DNA of 63,395 nucleotides, counting the filler, from Folioceros fuciformis (Eukaryota): assembly GCA_049999805.1 (NCBI GenBank). It is 11 parts of 11 records of this genome, joined end to end, with 100 filler letters (N's around TTAATTAATTAA, not from the genome) between each part and the next. Parts side by side here need not be neighbours in the genome. Positions count along the whole stretch, not along the records: positions 41,431 to 52,079 come from JBNGIO010001466.1; positions 52,180 to 58,274 come from JBNGIO010001467.1; positions 58,375 to 61,180 come from JBNGIO010001469.1; positions 61,281 to 63,395 come from JBNGIO010001478.1; 7 more parts are not named here. The stretch is one strand, 5' to 3'. Positions within the stretch are counted from its first letter, which is position 1, and every line of letters starts with the position of its first letter. The notes beneath the pieces are model-generated. The model did not search any database and had not been told where the DNA came from. It saw only the letters and a program-made list of their open reading frames with translations. Below, piece after piece: positions 51,701-63,395 of this stretch. The translations under genes and the position numbers were made by a program.

Positions 51701-53574
51701 GCAGGACACGGCTAGACATTCTCCTCTTCTTCCTTCCTTCCTTCTCAATCTTCCCTCCTTGTGTCTTCCATTGGATCCAAGTTGCAGGTAGGGATGCTGG
51801 CTAGGCTATCGACACCAGGTGTTGGAGATCACAACGGATTGATGCAGGTCCAGCCAGGCTTCTCATGAGCTGTTGGGGTCCAGCGTGCTAGCTGCTGACC
51901 AAGGAGCAAGGAGGCTGCAGCGCTGGAGGAGAGCTCTGCCATTGCCCGTGGTGGGGCAATTTCTTTCCTTTCTTTCCCCCCTCCCCTGCCCATTTTCTCC
52001 AATCCCGCTGCCATCTCCCCTCGCCACGGGCTGATCTAGCCCCTTCCCTTCCAATTTCTCCCTCCCATCCCCTCCTCCTNNNNNNNNNNNNNNNNNNNNN
52101 NNNNNNNNNNNNNNNNNNNNNNNTTAATTAATTAANNNNNNNNNNNNNNNNNNNNNNNNNNNNNNNNNNNNNNNNNNNNACCCTAAGTTGTAGGTGGGGA
52201 GAGGCTGAGGCTACAGGAATAGGCGGTGGAGGGTGGAATCTGCGAACTATAGACAAACAACACATCTGATGGGTGCAGGTGGGATGTTTTCTGTAAGGAA
52301 TGCGTGGTGGCGAGACTTGAGTGAAGTGCAAGGATCTGTGAGGTGTCTGATCAGTGGATGCGGAGCCATGACCATAGGATGGGTGATGCTTCAGGCTTGC
52401 TTGAATCTTGTAGTTATCGTGATTCATATAGTGAGACTTTGTTGTACCTAGCAAAACTGAAGCTCGAAAGTTGAGGCCGCTTCCTGGATGTATTGCACTA
52501 GATGCACGTAGGCTGAGGCCCATTCCAGTAGGTATCTTGCTTGATGCGCAAGGCTGAGGGCTGCTTGATGCGTAAGGCTGAGGGCCACTCTGGTGTGCTG
52601 GAAGAATGCATGACCTGGTTGTGAGGAAATCGTAGGCAATGGTAGAAACGAAACCAAGCTTTACTTGGTTTCTTAAACAGCTTTCTCATAAGGAACAAGG
52701 CTTCGCTTGGTTTTTAAAGTAACGGTTAGGGTTTTGTTCCTCGTTGTCTGTGAGAGATGTGGCCATGGCTTAGGCTCAATCCAAAACACGATTGAGGCAA
52801 TGATTACCGCAATAAACCGTAAACCCTAACCCTGGCAACTCTGCGGCCTTGTGCGTGTGTTGAAGGAACCCCGGGTTAAACCCTAAACGAGCAAACCCTA
52901 GCCCCATAGATGAATGTAAAATGACATTCATTGAAAAACTGAGAATTATGTTTAAGAAAGAAGTTTAGAGAGATCTAAGTGTTTGGTGTGGGAAAAAGTC
53001 TGTTTTGGGATGATGCCCAAACCGGATAGGAAACGGCATCTTGGAGTATATTCCCTTAGATATCCAAGGTGAAAACCCTAAAATAGTGCACCCTCCCCTC
53101 TCCCTCTGTCCAGTTTGGTATGCCATACGCAACATCCGTCACCATAAATTATATATTTCTCTATGTGAGTGCAAAGATTCTTTTAAAATCTATTGATTTA
53201 TAATTTTTATTATGTATTTTATATTTTTCAGCAAGTAAAGTTCTTTCATGGTATGGAACTGGGATATGGACATGTGAGGTCCACAAAAAAAAAACAATTA
53301 TGATATTTTTTTGGCAAATGTGTTCTTGCATCTTATGTTCTTGTTCTTCCTCTTCCTTTTTGAATTAATATAAATATGGCATTCAAGTGCTAAACAAAAA
53401 ACTCTTATACGATCGTGTTTTTGACAAACTAATTTTTGTATTTTTTTAATTAATTCTAACACGGATGAATTTTCTTCATAAGACATAGTAATGTACAACT
53501 TGTACCATAATGTATTAAAGCTTCTAGAACAACAAAGGTTTCGACTACCTCATAGTATCTCCTTCAAGAAAGTT

Positions 53575-54720
53575 ATTTTCTATTATTGAAGAAAAGATGC
53601 AAATTCCCACCCACTTCAAATATAAGAGGAACAACCCGAGTATGCCAAAGGCTAAAAGGGTTCTAGCCCTTCAAAAATCATTCTAAAAAACTAAGGCCAA
53701 AAGGGTTATAGCCCCTCGGAACATCATTGTAAAAACCTAAGGCCAAAATTTTAGCCCCTTCGAACATCATTACCCTAAAACATGAAGGCCAAAAGGGTTA
53801 TAGCCCCTCGGAACATCATTGTAAAAACCTAAGGCCAAAATTTTAGCCCCTTCGAACATCATTACCCTAAAACATGAAGGCCAAAAGGGTTCTAGCTCCT
53901 TTGAACATCATTCTCAAAAACTAGCTAGTACGCCCAAAATGTAGTGATGTAGAATAACAAAAGGCCTACTTACCATAAGGGCCGAAGAAGCCACTTGACC
54001 AGCGCTTGTTGTTGTTCTAAATACCACATTGGTCAATACTCTTTACAAAGAAATGGATATGTGTTGTCAAAAGAAGCCTGTTGTAGTGAAAGAACCCCAT
54101 TCATGTGACTATGATATACCTCAAGAAGAAGAACCGATTGCTATGACTATGATATACCTACAAGTACTTATCTAAACAAAGGATGCTCAACTATGGTGTT
54201 CTATCTAAATGACTTATGCAATGAATTATCATGCCTCGTGTTCTTCCTCTCCATCGCTTGAGTCCTGTGTGAGAGCACCCCACTTGAAGATGGAAAGAGA
54301 AGTGTTTTGGGGAAAATTTCTCTTGGTGATAATTGATTGGTAGAGGTACTTAAAGTGTATACAAAGTTGCAAAGTTGGAAGAGCTCACCCAAGTGTTTGG
54401 CAAACATGGCTGTTTAATGAAATGTTATGACCTTGACGTCTTTGAAAGCAAAATACATGCAGTAGGGTAGCATAGGACAAGAAGCTCATGATCTCCACTA
54501 GGTGGTGGAATATGTGCCCATAAGGGTATGAGTGGGTTGGATTCTCTGATGTTTTTGTGTAAGTGTGGGAACCTAGAGCTACAACTCCTAGGAACATTTA
54601 TATATCACGTTATGGTCAAACACCTCCAGACCTGCACCAATTACAGTCAACCCTCTCTAAATGTGACCTTCCTAAATGTTATCGGTTTGAGTACTGACTA
54701 CAATCCAATTCTATAAATAT
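53575..54720 (-). mobile_element. Second, decayed copy of the RLE-type non-LTR element, with its 3' UTR amplified into tandem repeats (53645-53920)
   Basis: 53575-54040 is the diverged reverse complement of 43300-43563 (e.g. aataacaaaaggccta...gaagaagccacttgacc, gaacaacccgagta). The 5' extent is approximate. Confidence 0.65.
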
Positions 54721-55724
54721 TATTTTAATTTTTCGTAATAAGAATAAAATAATATTAAAAATAATACTAAAATAATATGGATATTATAGATATATAACTT
54801 ATTCAATCACAATGCGGGAGACTTGGACCCTTGAGATGAAGCCCAAAGAGAAGAGGAAAGGAGCAAGAAAGAGAGGAGGAAGGAAAGAGAGAGTAAGGGA
54901 GGAGGGAGTAAGAAAGGGGAAAAAAGAGAGTTAGAAAAGGAGAAAGGAGTGACCCTTACTAGATTATTATGAGGTGATAAATACATGTACTATCTTTTCT
55001 ACATGGGCTTTTATTTAACCTCCACCCGAAAATGAAGTTGTCGATGTTGAAATTCCTTTGAAGAATATTATCAAGAAAGGTGTTGAAATTCCTTTGAAGA
55101 ATATTATCAAGAAAGGCCTATTTCGTGATACAATTGGGATGAGACGCATGTTTTTTGAGCAATAACCAAATGATCTGATGTCTTTAATTAAGAATTTGCA
55201 ACAAATTGAAAAAGAAAGTTTTAAAGCAAGTTAAGTCCTCTTTTGAAACAAGTAGAAATAATCTATTTTTTAGGCCAATTTTAAGTTCATTTATTATTTT
55301 ACTATTGTAAGGTTATAATAATATTAAGAATCATAATTCAAATATTTATAAATTTAATAAAATAATAAATAATAAATAAATCAATATATATAATATTTTA
55401 TATTTTCTATATTTAAAATAAAACTTAAATATTTTATTGTTGATGAAGAGTTGAATTCTCTAATGGTTAGACCTCCTTGTTACCCAATGCCCTACTCCCC
55501 AACAGTTAATATTTAGGGAGGGTGGACTGTATGCTGTCTAGAATGTCTTGGAATCCAGCCTATGGTGGCATGACACCGTATATCTGAGCATTTTGGAAAG
55601 GCATTCAACCGGAACACTCTGCCCAGTAGGAGAGCATTGTCTGACTGACGCAAGGCACAAAGCATAAAGTAAAGTGTTAAAGTGAGTCAAGCCAACATCC
55701 GGGCTGTGCTTGCAAAATCCCCTC

Positions 55725-57958
55725 TCAGAGGTCTGACTGAACAGAGTGGATAGGGTTGAGAATGGCGTGAGGAGGCAGACTGGGGCTTGTAGCGGTCTGT
55801 GTGGCAGCTGCATGTAGGACCTCCAGAGCAGGGCTGCCAGACTTGACGGTTCTGGGAGTCTTGTATTGGCTGCTGCCACTTCCCATCTGCACAGCAAGGC
55901 GGGTCAACTTGTCGAAGGTCCCAGTCTCCACGACTTTTAGCTGCAGGGGACCAACAGTCCCGATGTTGCGTCCCCTCCTGTAAGGCTCGGCCAAGGCAGC
56001 CTCTATGGCCAGACACGCCTCCTCCAACCTCTCGGTACCTACTTTAACCTGGGCTGGGAGGTTGCCCGACGACCATAGCTCCAGGAAGATGACGTAGCTC
56101 CCTGGGATGGAAGACGTGTCCGTGCAGCTGGTGAAGTCTAGCAGCTTTGTCTCTGCCGGGAAGTGGAGCTTGGCAGCAGTGTTCACCGCCTGCACAATCT
56201 CTTTCTCCTCTGTTTTGTCTGTGTTGATGCTCAGAATGACGTTCCTGCGACCCACATACTGGAACTTGGGCGCTTTGTGGTAGAAGCCAGCACACTTCAG
56301 CATGTCTCCTACTCTGAACCTCCATAAACCTGCATTCACCAGCGACAGTGCGGAAACGGTTTTGGGATTTCAACAACTTGTTTCTCCAGCGGATTTATTT
56401 ATGAAGCACGTACGAAATTAAAAAACACGATGCGATCTATGTTAAGCCCACGATCATGGCCGAGAAGGAGTAGAAGAGAGCCTACCGCAGTGGGTGGTTA
56501 CCACTAGCTCATACTCCTGCCCTTCTTCAACATCCGCTAGACCTACGACATTCTTGCCGCTGTCCGACTCGGGGGTGCCACTTGTTTCCTCATCTCTGTT
56601 GAGCAGTAGGAACTCAAAGTAAGCTTGATCTGGATACAGAACGAATGTGGTCTCGTGCGGTGGACTGGTTACATACGGGTTGCATCCAAAAGCTCCCTCG
56701 GAACCTCCATATCCGGAAGTCACAATGGGAAGCTGGCTCCCGCTGAGGAAGTTGAGATAATCCACATACTGAAGCATGGAGCCGGTTGCAATACAGGTGA
56801 TCAACTTAAGATTAGGCCATAGGCGGAGCAAGATCCCCTCCCACGACTCCTTCCCGCACTCCGCCCTGATAAAACTGGCAAGCTCGGGATTTGGCTTGCC
56901 CAGAAGCTCCGACACAACTGCACGAACTGGAGGGTCGGTAATCTTGCTGCTGAGCTTCCCTGTCTCAATGTCATGGCTGAGTTCCTCCCAATTCTGTTTC
57001 AGAATGTTCATTGCGGTGGCCACACCGGATGCAAACCAACTTCCCAGGGAAACTGCTTCCGAGGCCCGAAGCAGGCCGCAGACGAGATGGCAGTACATGC
57101 TTTGCTGGAAATCAAGGCAATGCAGGACCTCCGGCGGACTGACGAAACCTTCGGTGATCTTGCCAAGGCTACCACGTCCGGCGCGTTTGAGCATCGAGCA
57201 GGTCGCTGGCCCGACGGGCAACCCTGTCGGGCTTTTGAATTGCTGACCGGCAGAAACAAAGATCAGCACCGGTACAGTCTTTCCAAATGCCCTGCAACAC
57301 CTTGGCAGTGATCAGGTCCCCAACTTCACACGCACGGCAATTCATGCCTCTGTTATCACGACCCGCGGAGGTCGTGAAAATCCAACGCACAAATGTTTGA
57401 GCAACGCTTACAGGAAGGAGAAACTGGAAGGAACGCATATCGTCCTCTCCAATTGCTCGAAGTAGGACTGCGTGATGGGAAACAACTTGCGCTTCCCGGT
57501 ACTCGTCCCTGAGCTGCACACTCTCAAGAGTTACGTGTCGCCATCGCACGACGTGTGCAAGCAGCAACCGTGGAGTAGAGGTGCATTCACGGTTTCACCT
57601 GTCGCCCCCGATCCTGATTCATTCCTGTGCACTTGAGCTGTACTAGTGGTAGCAGTACAGAATACACCTACCTTGCGAAGAACTCGAGAACGGGATCACA
57701 AGTGAGTATTGGCGAAGGGTGGCCTTGCATCATCCTCTGGACGTCCTGCTCGATGGCGTCATACTCGATCACAGGAATGTGTTGCTTGAAGGACTCTGAG
57801 TCCGTCCTACCATGGAGCCCGTGTCTCTGCAGGTACTCGCATCCCGAGTGCTTTGCCAGCACGTGTTGCAGAAATGCTTCCTGCTCCTCCACAGACCTCT
57901 CCAGCCGAGCGTGATACTTGGAGACGATTTCCTCTGGTTCCGTCATCCCCGCAAGCAT
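55725..57958 (-). CDS. GH3: GH3 acyl-acid amido synthetase; exons 57958..57672, 57513..57412, 57291..56486, 56329..55725, 599 aa
   Basis: SSGTSTGKRKLFP, QSMYCHLVCGL, LWPNLK, TGSMLQY, YGGSEG, YELVVTT, GLWRFRVGD, LSINTDKT, QYKTPR. Exons join in frame. Confidence 0.93.
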
Positions 57959-58374
57959 GTAATCCGATGCTCAGCGAATGCTTGCCGGATGCAGATGCAT
58001 TTATGCCCAGGAATAAGTGATATCTGGCTCGTGAGTCCCTGTCGACCACTAAAAGCTACCTGTACCGTCCAACAACCCAATTATGTCTGGACAAAGGGTT
58101 GCGTTGGGAGATGGTCCTCACCGGACCCCTCCTTTCGCCGGCCTTTCGAAGCTCGCGTTATTTATCACAAGATCACAAGATAACAAGGACTTTAAAGCCC
58201 GATCGGCCGGGCTCAGAGCGATGCAGCCAGGCTACCGGCATCACTATCGCGCCGTCTAGCGACTCCACACGCAGNNNNNNNNNNNNNNNNNNNNNNNNNN
58301 NNNNNNNNNNNNNNNNNNTTAATTAATTAANNNNNNNNNNNNNNNNNNNNNNNNNNNNNNNNNNNNNNNNNNNN

Positions 58375-61142
58375 GGCCTCGTGCGGCTGCCGCAGGCCCT
58401 TCAGGAGGCGATTTCTTCCTTCCTGGCTGGTAAGTGTGCTGCCAATCCGCCGCGAATCCGGTTCGTGACATGTGACTTGGTTCCCTCTCAAGGCTGTCCT
58501 GTTCCAGACCATTCGTCCCAGGATGTGAAGAGGAGCGTTGCGCGCCTGGCTATGAGCATGAGGGACAGGAAAATGGCGGGCAGGCAGACGGGCAGCACGT
58601 ATGAGTCGGACTCCCCGCCTCACGTGCAGCTGGCTGCTGCCGAGTTCATGGCCCACGACTGGAAGGACAAGCCTCCGCCACTGCAGGCATCCGTTAAGTA
58701 CGAATCTCACCAGACTCTGGCGTATGTGGCTGCTCGAATGCCAGCTGTCTACGCTGCAATTCACCGAGTGTTTGCTGAGGTAATGAATTAGCTGCGGGAA
58801 GCATTTCCTGTGATATTGATGCGGGGAATGGATAGGAGATGGTGCTCTGACACGTTCTGCCTACAGCTAGCCCGTCGGCAGCCGGACTTCAAACCTTCAA
58901 CTGTTCTGGACTATGGGTCTGGTCCAGGAACTTGCCTCTGGTAATGCGGCTACCTCGTAGGTTTTTGATATCTGCATCCCACACTGCTGCTATTCTCATA
59001 TTGTCCTGATAGTGGACCAGGGCAATGAGAGGCGTTTGGCCGGACACGGTGAAGTATGTCAACCTTGTGGAACGTTCTCCAGCCATGGCTGATGCTTGTA
59101 GAGCCCTTCTGAAAGGTATTCACTACCTCCGAGTGCTAGTGTGTACAGTCAGTTTTGGTTGTCAAATCTCCAGGGTGTGTTATTTATATTGTCACAATGG
59201 CTACGTGCTTGTCTTACCCTTTAAGCTTCTTCTGGAGGTTGGATCGTGACATAATGTATGAATTTGTGTGGTGAATGCTTCTCAAATCTGTGTCATTTGA
59301 CAAGATCAGGAGGGTCTACCCATTGTAAAGAGCTACGCCAGCCTCCAGACACTGCTGAGAACTGTTAAACAAGGGAGTCGCTCACATGACATGGTTATTA
59401 GTGTAAGTCACCAGATTCTCGTCTAGTGAGGACCACAAGAATGTGTTGCACTGGTGGATGAATGTTGCTGGCTCCTTTCTGTGATGTCAGTGCCCTGATT
59501 GCTGTATTCATCTGATTTACAGTCTTACGCTCTTGGAGAACTGCCAACAATGGCCGAGAGGATCTCCGCTGTGCGACAGCTCTGGTTTCTTACCCAGGAC
59601 GTTCTTGTAAGGTTTCGCCTCCATTTCTTGGAGAATGCGACTTTTTTCTTACATGTTTGTTTTCCAGTGAAGAAACCAGCAATATATGCTGCGGTGCATG
59701 GTGCAGGTGCTGATTGAGCCAGGCACACCTGAAGGTTTCAATGTCATCCAGGAAATGAGGAATCATATTCTTCACTTGGAAAAGAGGGTATGGTGTGCTA
59801 GCTTTATGGGAATCTTTTGTTCGAAGTCGTTCTTCTTTTGTGGACATCCTTTACAGATGCAGTTGCACATTTTGTGGGGTGCAGAAAATGAGGAAGCTGA
59901 AGAAGGTTGAGGACGGTGGTAGTGTTCGGGAAGGGGGTTTTATAGATGAAGCCCATCCACAGTCTGCCGGAGACGTCAGGAGGGGAGGTGCTTTTGTCGT
60001 GGCCCCTGTAAGAGTTCAGCGTTTCATGCGAGTTCCTAACAACAATCCTGCAGTGTGGTTGAGTTGTGAGGGAAGAAGTTTGTGCCTGCAATAAGAGCTC
60101 CTCTACGGACAAGTACTAATGTCTTTTGACAAACCAGTGCGCACATGATGGATCCTGTCCAATGGCGAAGTCTGGCAAGTGGTGCCATTTTGCTCAGAGG
60201 CTGGAGCGAACAATGTCCCAACGTGTATCTAAGGTAATGGGCCTAACTCTGAGTTTGTGTTGATATCTGCATCGGTTTGTCTGGTGTATTTTCACTAAAC
60301 TGCGTGCATGCCGCAGCGAGTCACAAAATCGGCTCTCCGTGCATACGAAGATGAGAAGTTCTCTTTTGTTGTCCTGCGACATGGCATCCGACCGAAGTAA
60401 CCTCCCCCAGTTTATCAGTTTGTCCTTCTTTTGTCCGCAGTGTACTGTATTGCCGATTCACTCATAATGCGCATCCTCTTGCTGTCGGTCCAGGGTACCA
60501 TGGCCTATGACAACAGTGGCCCGTGAAGAACATGACGATGATGAAAGCGACCCCACTATCTCGGACGAATACCTGTCACCGGATGGTAGGTTTCTGGATT
60601 GCGTGTTTCAGCAGCATCACATACGTTCACGATCCAGTTACTTCAAGTGTTTTCGGATGCATATTAAAAACTTCGTGGTTCCCGCAGTTGCCGATGGCGA
60701 CAGGTCTCCTGAGGGACACAATGCAGATGATTCTTACCCCACTCAGGATTTGAGGTTGGAAGTAGGGGGTGAAACTAGAGCGGAACTCTGCAGCAGTCAG
60801 GGAGATGATGCCTGGAAAGCTGCTAGCAAACCGGAACTCGATCGGGGTTTCCTGGATGCTGCCGATGTAGAAGCGCCTGGTGGGAAGGAGGACACGCCAG
60901 TTGGCTTCGTTGGCGACGAACCCCACGTTGCGAGAAAGTCGGCAGACATGGGCGGTGGATGGGCGAGGATAGTGCATCCTCCCCTGAAACGTGGCGGACA
61001 CGTAATCCTTGATGTGTGTTCGGCGGCTGAAGGCGATCCATCCCGAGGCCATCTGCAGCGGCTGGTGGCGGTCCGCAGCGGCAATCGTGCCCTTTACTTA
61101 CAGGCGAGGAAGTCGAGGTGGGGAGATCTTTGGCCTTGTTAG
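58375..61142 (+). CDS. RSM22: Mitochondrial small-subunit assembly methyltransferase-like protein (Rsm22/METTL17), multi-exon, 5' truncated
   Basis: YVAARMPAVY, VLDYGSGPGT, LIEPGTPEGF, APCAHDGSCP...CHFAQR, EDEKFSFV, KRGGHVILDVC, ARKSRWGDLWP. Confidence 0.9.
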
Positions 61143-62478
61143 TATTATTCCGGAACATGAGTGTCACCCATGTACTACACNNNNNNNNNNNNNNNNNNNN
61201 NNNNNNNNNNNNNNNNNNNNNNNNTTAATTAATTAANNNNNNNNNNNNNNNNNNNNNNNNNNNNNNNNNNNNNNNNNNNNCCCTTGCCCTCCAGCTCGCG
61301 CACTTCACCGACCACTCCGTGGTTTATACACTCCAGATGACCTCTTCTCACCCGGCCACGAAGCGCAACTTGGCAAGGCCATTCCGGGCCTCCCGACTCC
61401 CGACCCAATCCTCCTCTTGCATCAGTCCTTCTCCCCTACTTCCGTCTTCTTCGTCTCTGCTTCAATCATGTGCCACGCCGCACACTGCGGGTGCGATCCT
61501 CCTCGCCTTCCTCCTCCGCCACCACCAGCATCTCAGCAACAGCAGCACCAACACTCAGATTGGGTAGCAGCAGGGCACTGGGTCTGCCTTGCCACATTCT
61601 TCACACTCTCTCTCTCTCCTCCACCCCGCGCCGCCCCGCTCCTCTGCGCCGCGCTCTCGCCTGCTTCGCCTCCACTCCCCTCCTCTTGCTCTCTGCGCAC
61701 TGTGCACGCTTTGCCCTTTCGGAATCGATCCGACAGCACGACAGGTCCAGCAGCGCCTCCCAGTCGCTTTCCCCCTCCTACCCGCCCCTCCGCTCCTGCT
61801 CCGCCTCCTCCTCCCTGCTCCATCTTGGGCACACCTCCTCCCCCGGGCCGGGACATCATCCCTCGCTCAGGCCACGCATCTCCCTGCCTCCGTCCTGCTC
61901 ATCCGTTTTTGTTGCATTGCCGCTCGATGTACTGTGCATTTTACTTCCCTCTACCACCCGCGGCCTCCCGAATTTCTCCACACTCACCTCAATCTTTACG
62001 CTCCTGCTGTGTCTCAGGTTTGAGCAGCAGGCGGGCGGGCGAAGAGAATCGCACCATCCGACGCACTGGCGACCAAGAAACAGACGTCATCGGACCTTCC
62101 GTGTCAGGGTAGCGTGTATGGACGAGGTTCAGAGTCCCCACTTTCTTGTTGCTAGTCCTTGCTTGCTCCTCTGCCACTACATCATATCCTTCTTCTTGCC
62201 CAGGCCCCTCTACCGCTGCTTTTAACGTTATTTGTCTTGCCCGCTCTCCCTTACAGGTTACGCGGACCACCTGCACTCTCCGCCTCAATGCATCCTGATC
62301 AGCTGAAGCCTGAATTGATACTGGCTGTGCCGCCGCGCTCTGCTGCTCATCATCGTTGCCTCCTCATCCGGTCAAGCTGGAGGACCCCGGGCCCGTCAGC
62401 TCTTCCAGAGGGATCTCCTTCTCCCGACCCTCCAGGTTCCCCAAGGTCTCCTCCATACTCACGGATCCGCCCAGGAAT

Positions 62479-63395
62479 ATGGCGCTCGACTCCAGCCCTT
62501 CTCACTCCTGGTGGTGGGACAGTCATAACAGCCCCAGGCATTCCAAGTGGCTCCACACTCAGATGTCAGGTGAGCATCCATCGCAGACCACCTGCTTGCA
62601 ACATCGGTACCGCCGCCACCCGCGCATGCACATCCACTTCTCATCTCGCCTCTCTTACCCCGTTCTGCCGACCGTTTGCAGAACTGGACAGCAAGGTCAA
62701 GTCTATGCTCAGGCTCATCGAAGAGGATGCCGACTCCTTCGCCAAACGAGCTGAAATGTTCTACCAGAAGCGACCTGAGCTCATCAAACTCGTGGAGGAT
62801 TTCTACAGAATGTACCGGGCCTTGGCCGAGAAGTATGACAACATGAGTGGGGAGATCAACCAACTTCCCAGAGCCCTGCAGGCGCAGTACGGGATTTCTT
62901 CTTTCTCTCCAATCGACTCTCCCAAGGATACCACCGCCAGCAAGCGCCTGCAATTCCACAGGCAATCCCCCCTAAGTTCGCCAGTGCATGACAAGTTCCT
63001 GCTCGCCAGAGGAGCTCACGCCAAATCGTCTGCTCCAGGGCCTCTTCTGCTCGACGAAAGTGCACGGGACTCTGCTGCTTCTGAACGGGAAGATGCAACT
63101 GCTCCCCATGCTCACCACTCCGGGTCCGGCAGCAGGTGGAACCCCTTCAAGAGGTCTCCTCTCAGTTCTCCCGTGCATGACAAGTTCCAGGTCGTCAAGA
63201 ACTCCTTCAAGTTCGCCAACGACGAAGGCATTCACACTGCCGATTCCGCCAGCGCCAGTTCCGAGAAGGAAGATACTGGTCACAGGTGGACCCTCTTCAG
63301 AAGGACGCCGCTGAGCTCCCCGGTGCATGAAAGGTTTCAGCCCGCGGGGTCCGGCAGCAGGAAGGGATCGGGCTCGCTTGTGGAAGAGGGCATCC
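62479..63395 (+). CDS. NET: NETWORKED (NET)/KIP1-like actin-binding protein; join(62479..62569,62682..>63395), 3' truncated
   Basis: NAB domain [16 protein letters not shown]...[53 protein letters not shown]. Confidence 0.9.

Noticed and set aside
52815-52905. Scattered AAACCCTA telomere-like motifs (also ~10410)
   Set aside because: Too few and interrupted to call an interstitial telomere or functional telo-boxes.
61319-62300. Long Pro/Ser-rich ORFs
   Set aside because: CT-rich 5' leader and introns of the NET gene; low complexity.

Overview
Nuclear genomic DNA from a land plant. It is most likely a seed-free lineage such as a hornwort or other bryophyte (inference from mostly 80-180 bp GT-AG introns, a PLS-type PPR gene, an alpha2delta-like gene and a GRF lacking the miR396 site). 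The window is 11 contigs joined by artificial 100-nt spacers (44N-TTAATTAATTAA-44N), so adjacency across spacers is not real. Genes read by manual splicing: GNOM-type ARF-GEF, GT47 exostosin glycosyltransferase, OCRE/G-patch protein, ARP9 (partial), GRF (partial), metallo-beta-lactamase-fold hydrolase, KAB1/Kv-beta aldo-keto reductase (intronless), LRR-VII-type TM-pseudokinase with a decayed ectodomain, an intact 9-exon alpha2delta/CACHD1-like VWA+Cache membrane protein, GH3, Rsm22/METTL17 (partial) and a NET/KIP1 actin-binding protein (partial). Also present: a PPR pseudogene, an intron-containing Crinkler-like nuclease pseudogene, nested copia and gypsy LTR elements, two related RLE-type non-LTR elements and several tandem repeats. 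The best candidate for new biology is the alpha2delta-like protein, which keeps the complete dCache amino-acid-binding motif and lies directly downstream of an ectodomain-less pseudokinase. This could be a CLV2/CORYNE-like amino-acid receptor pair.
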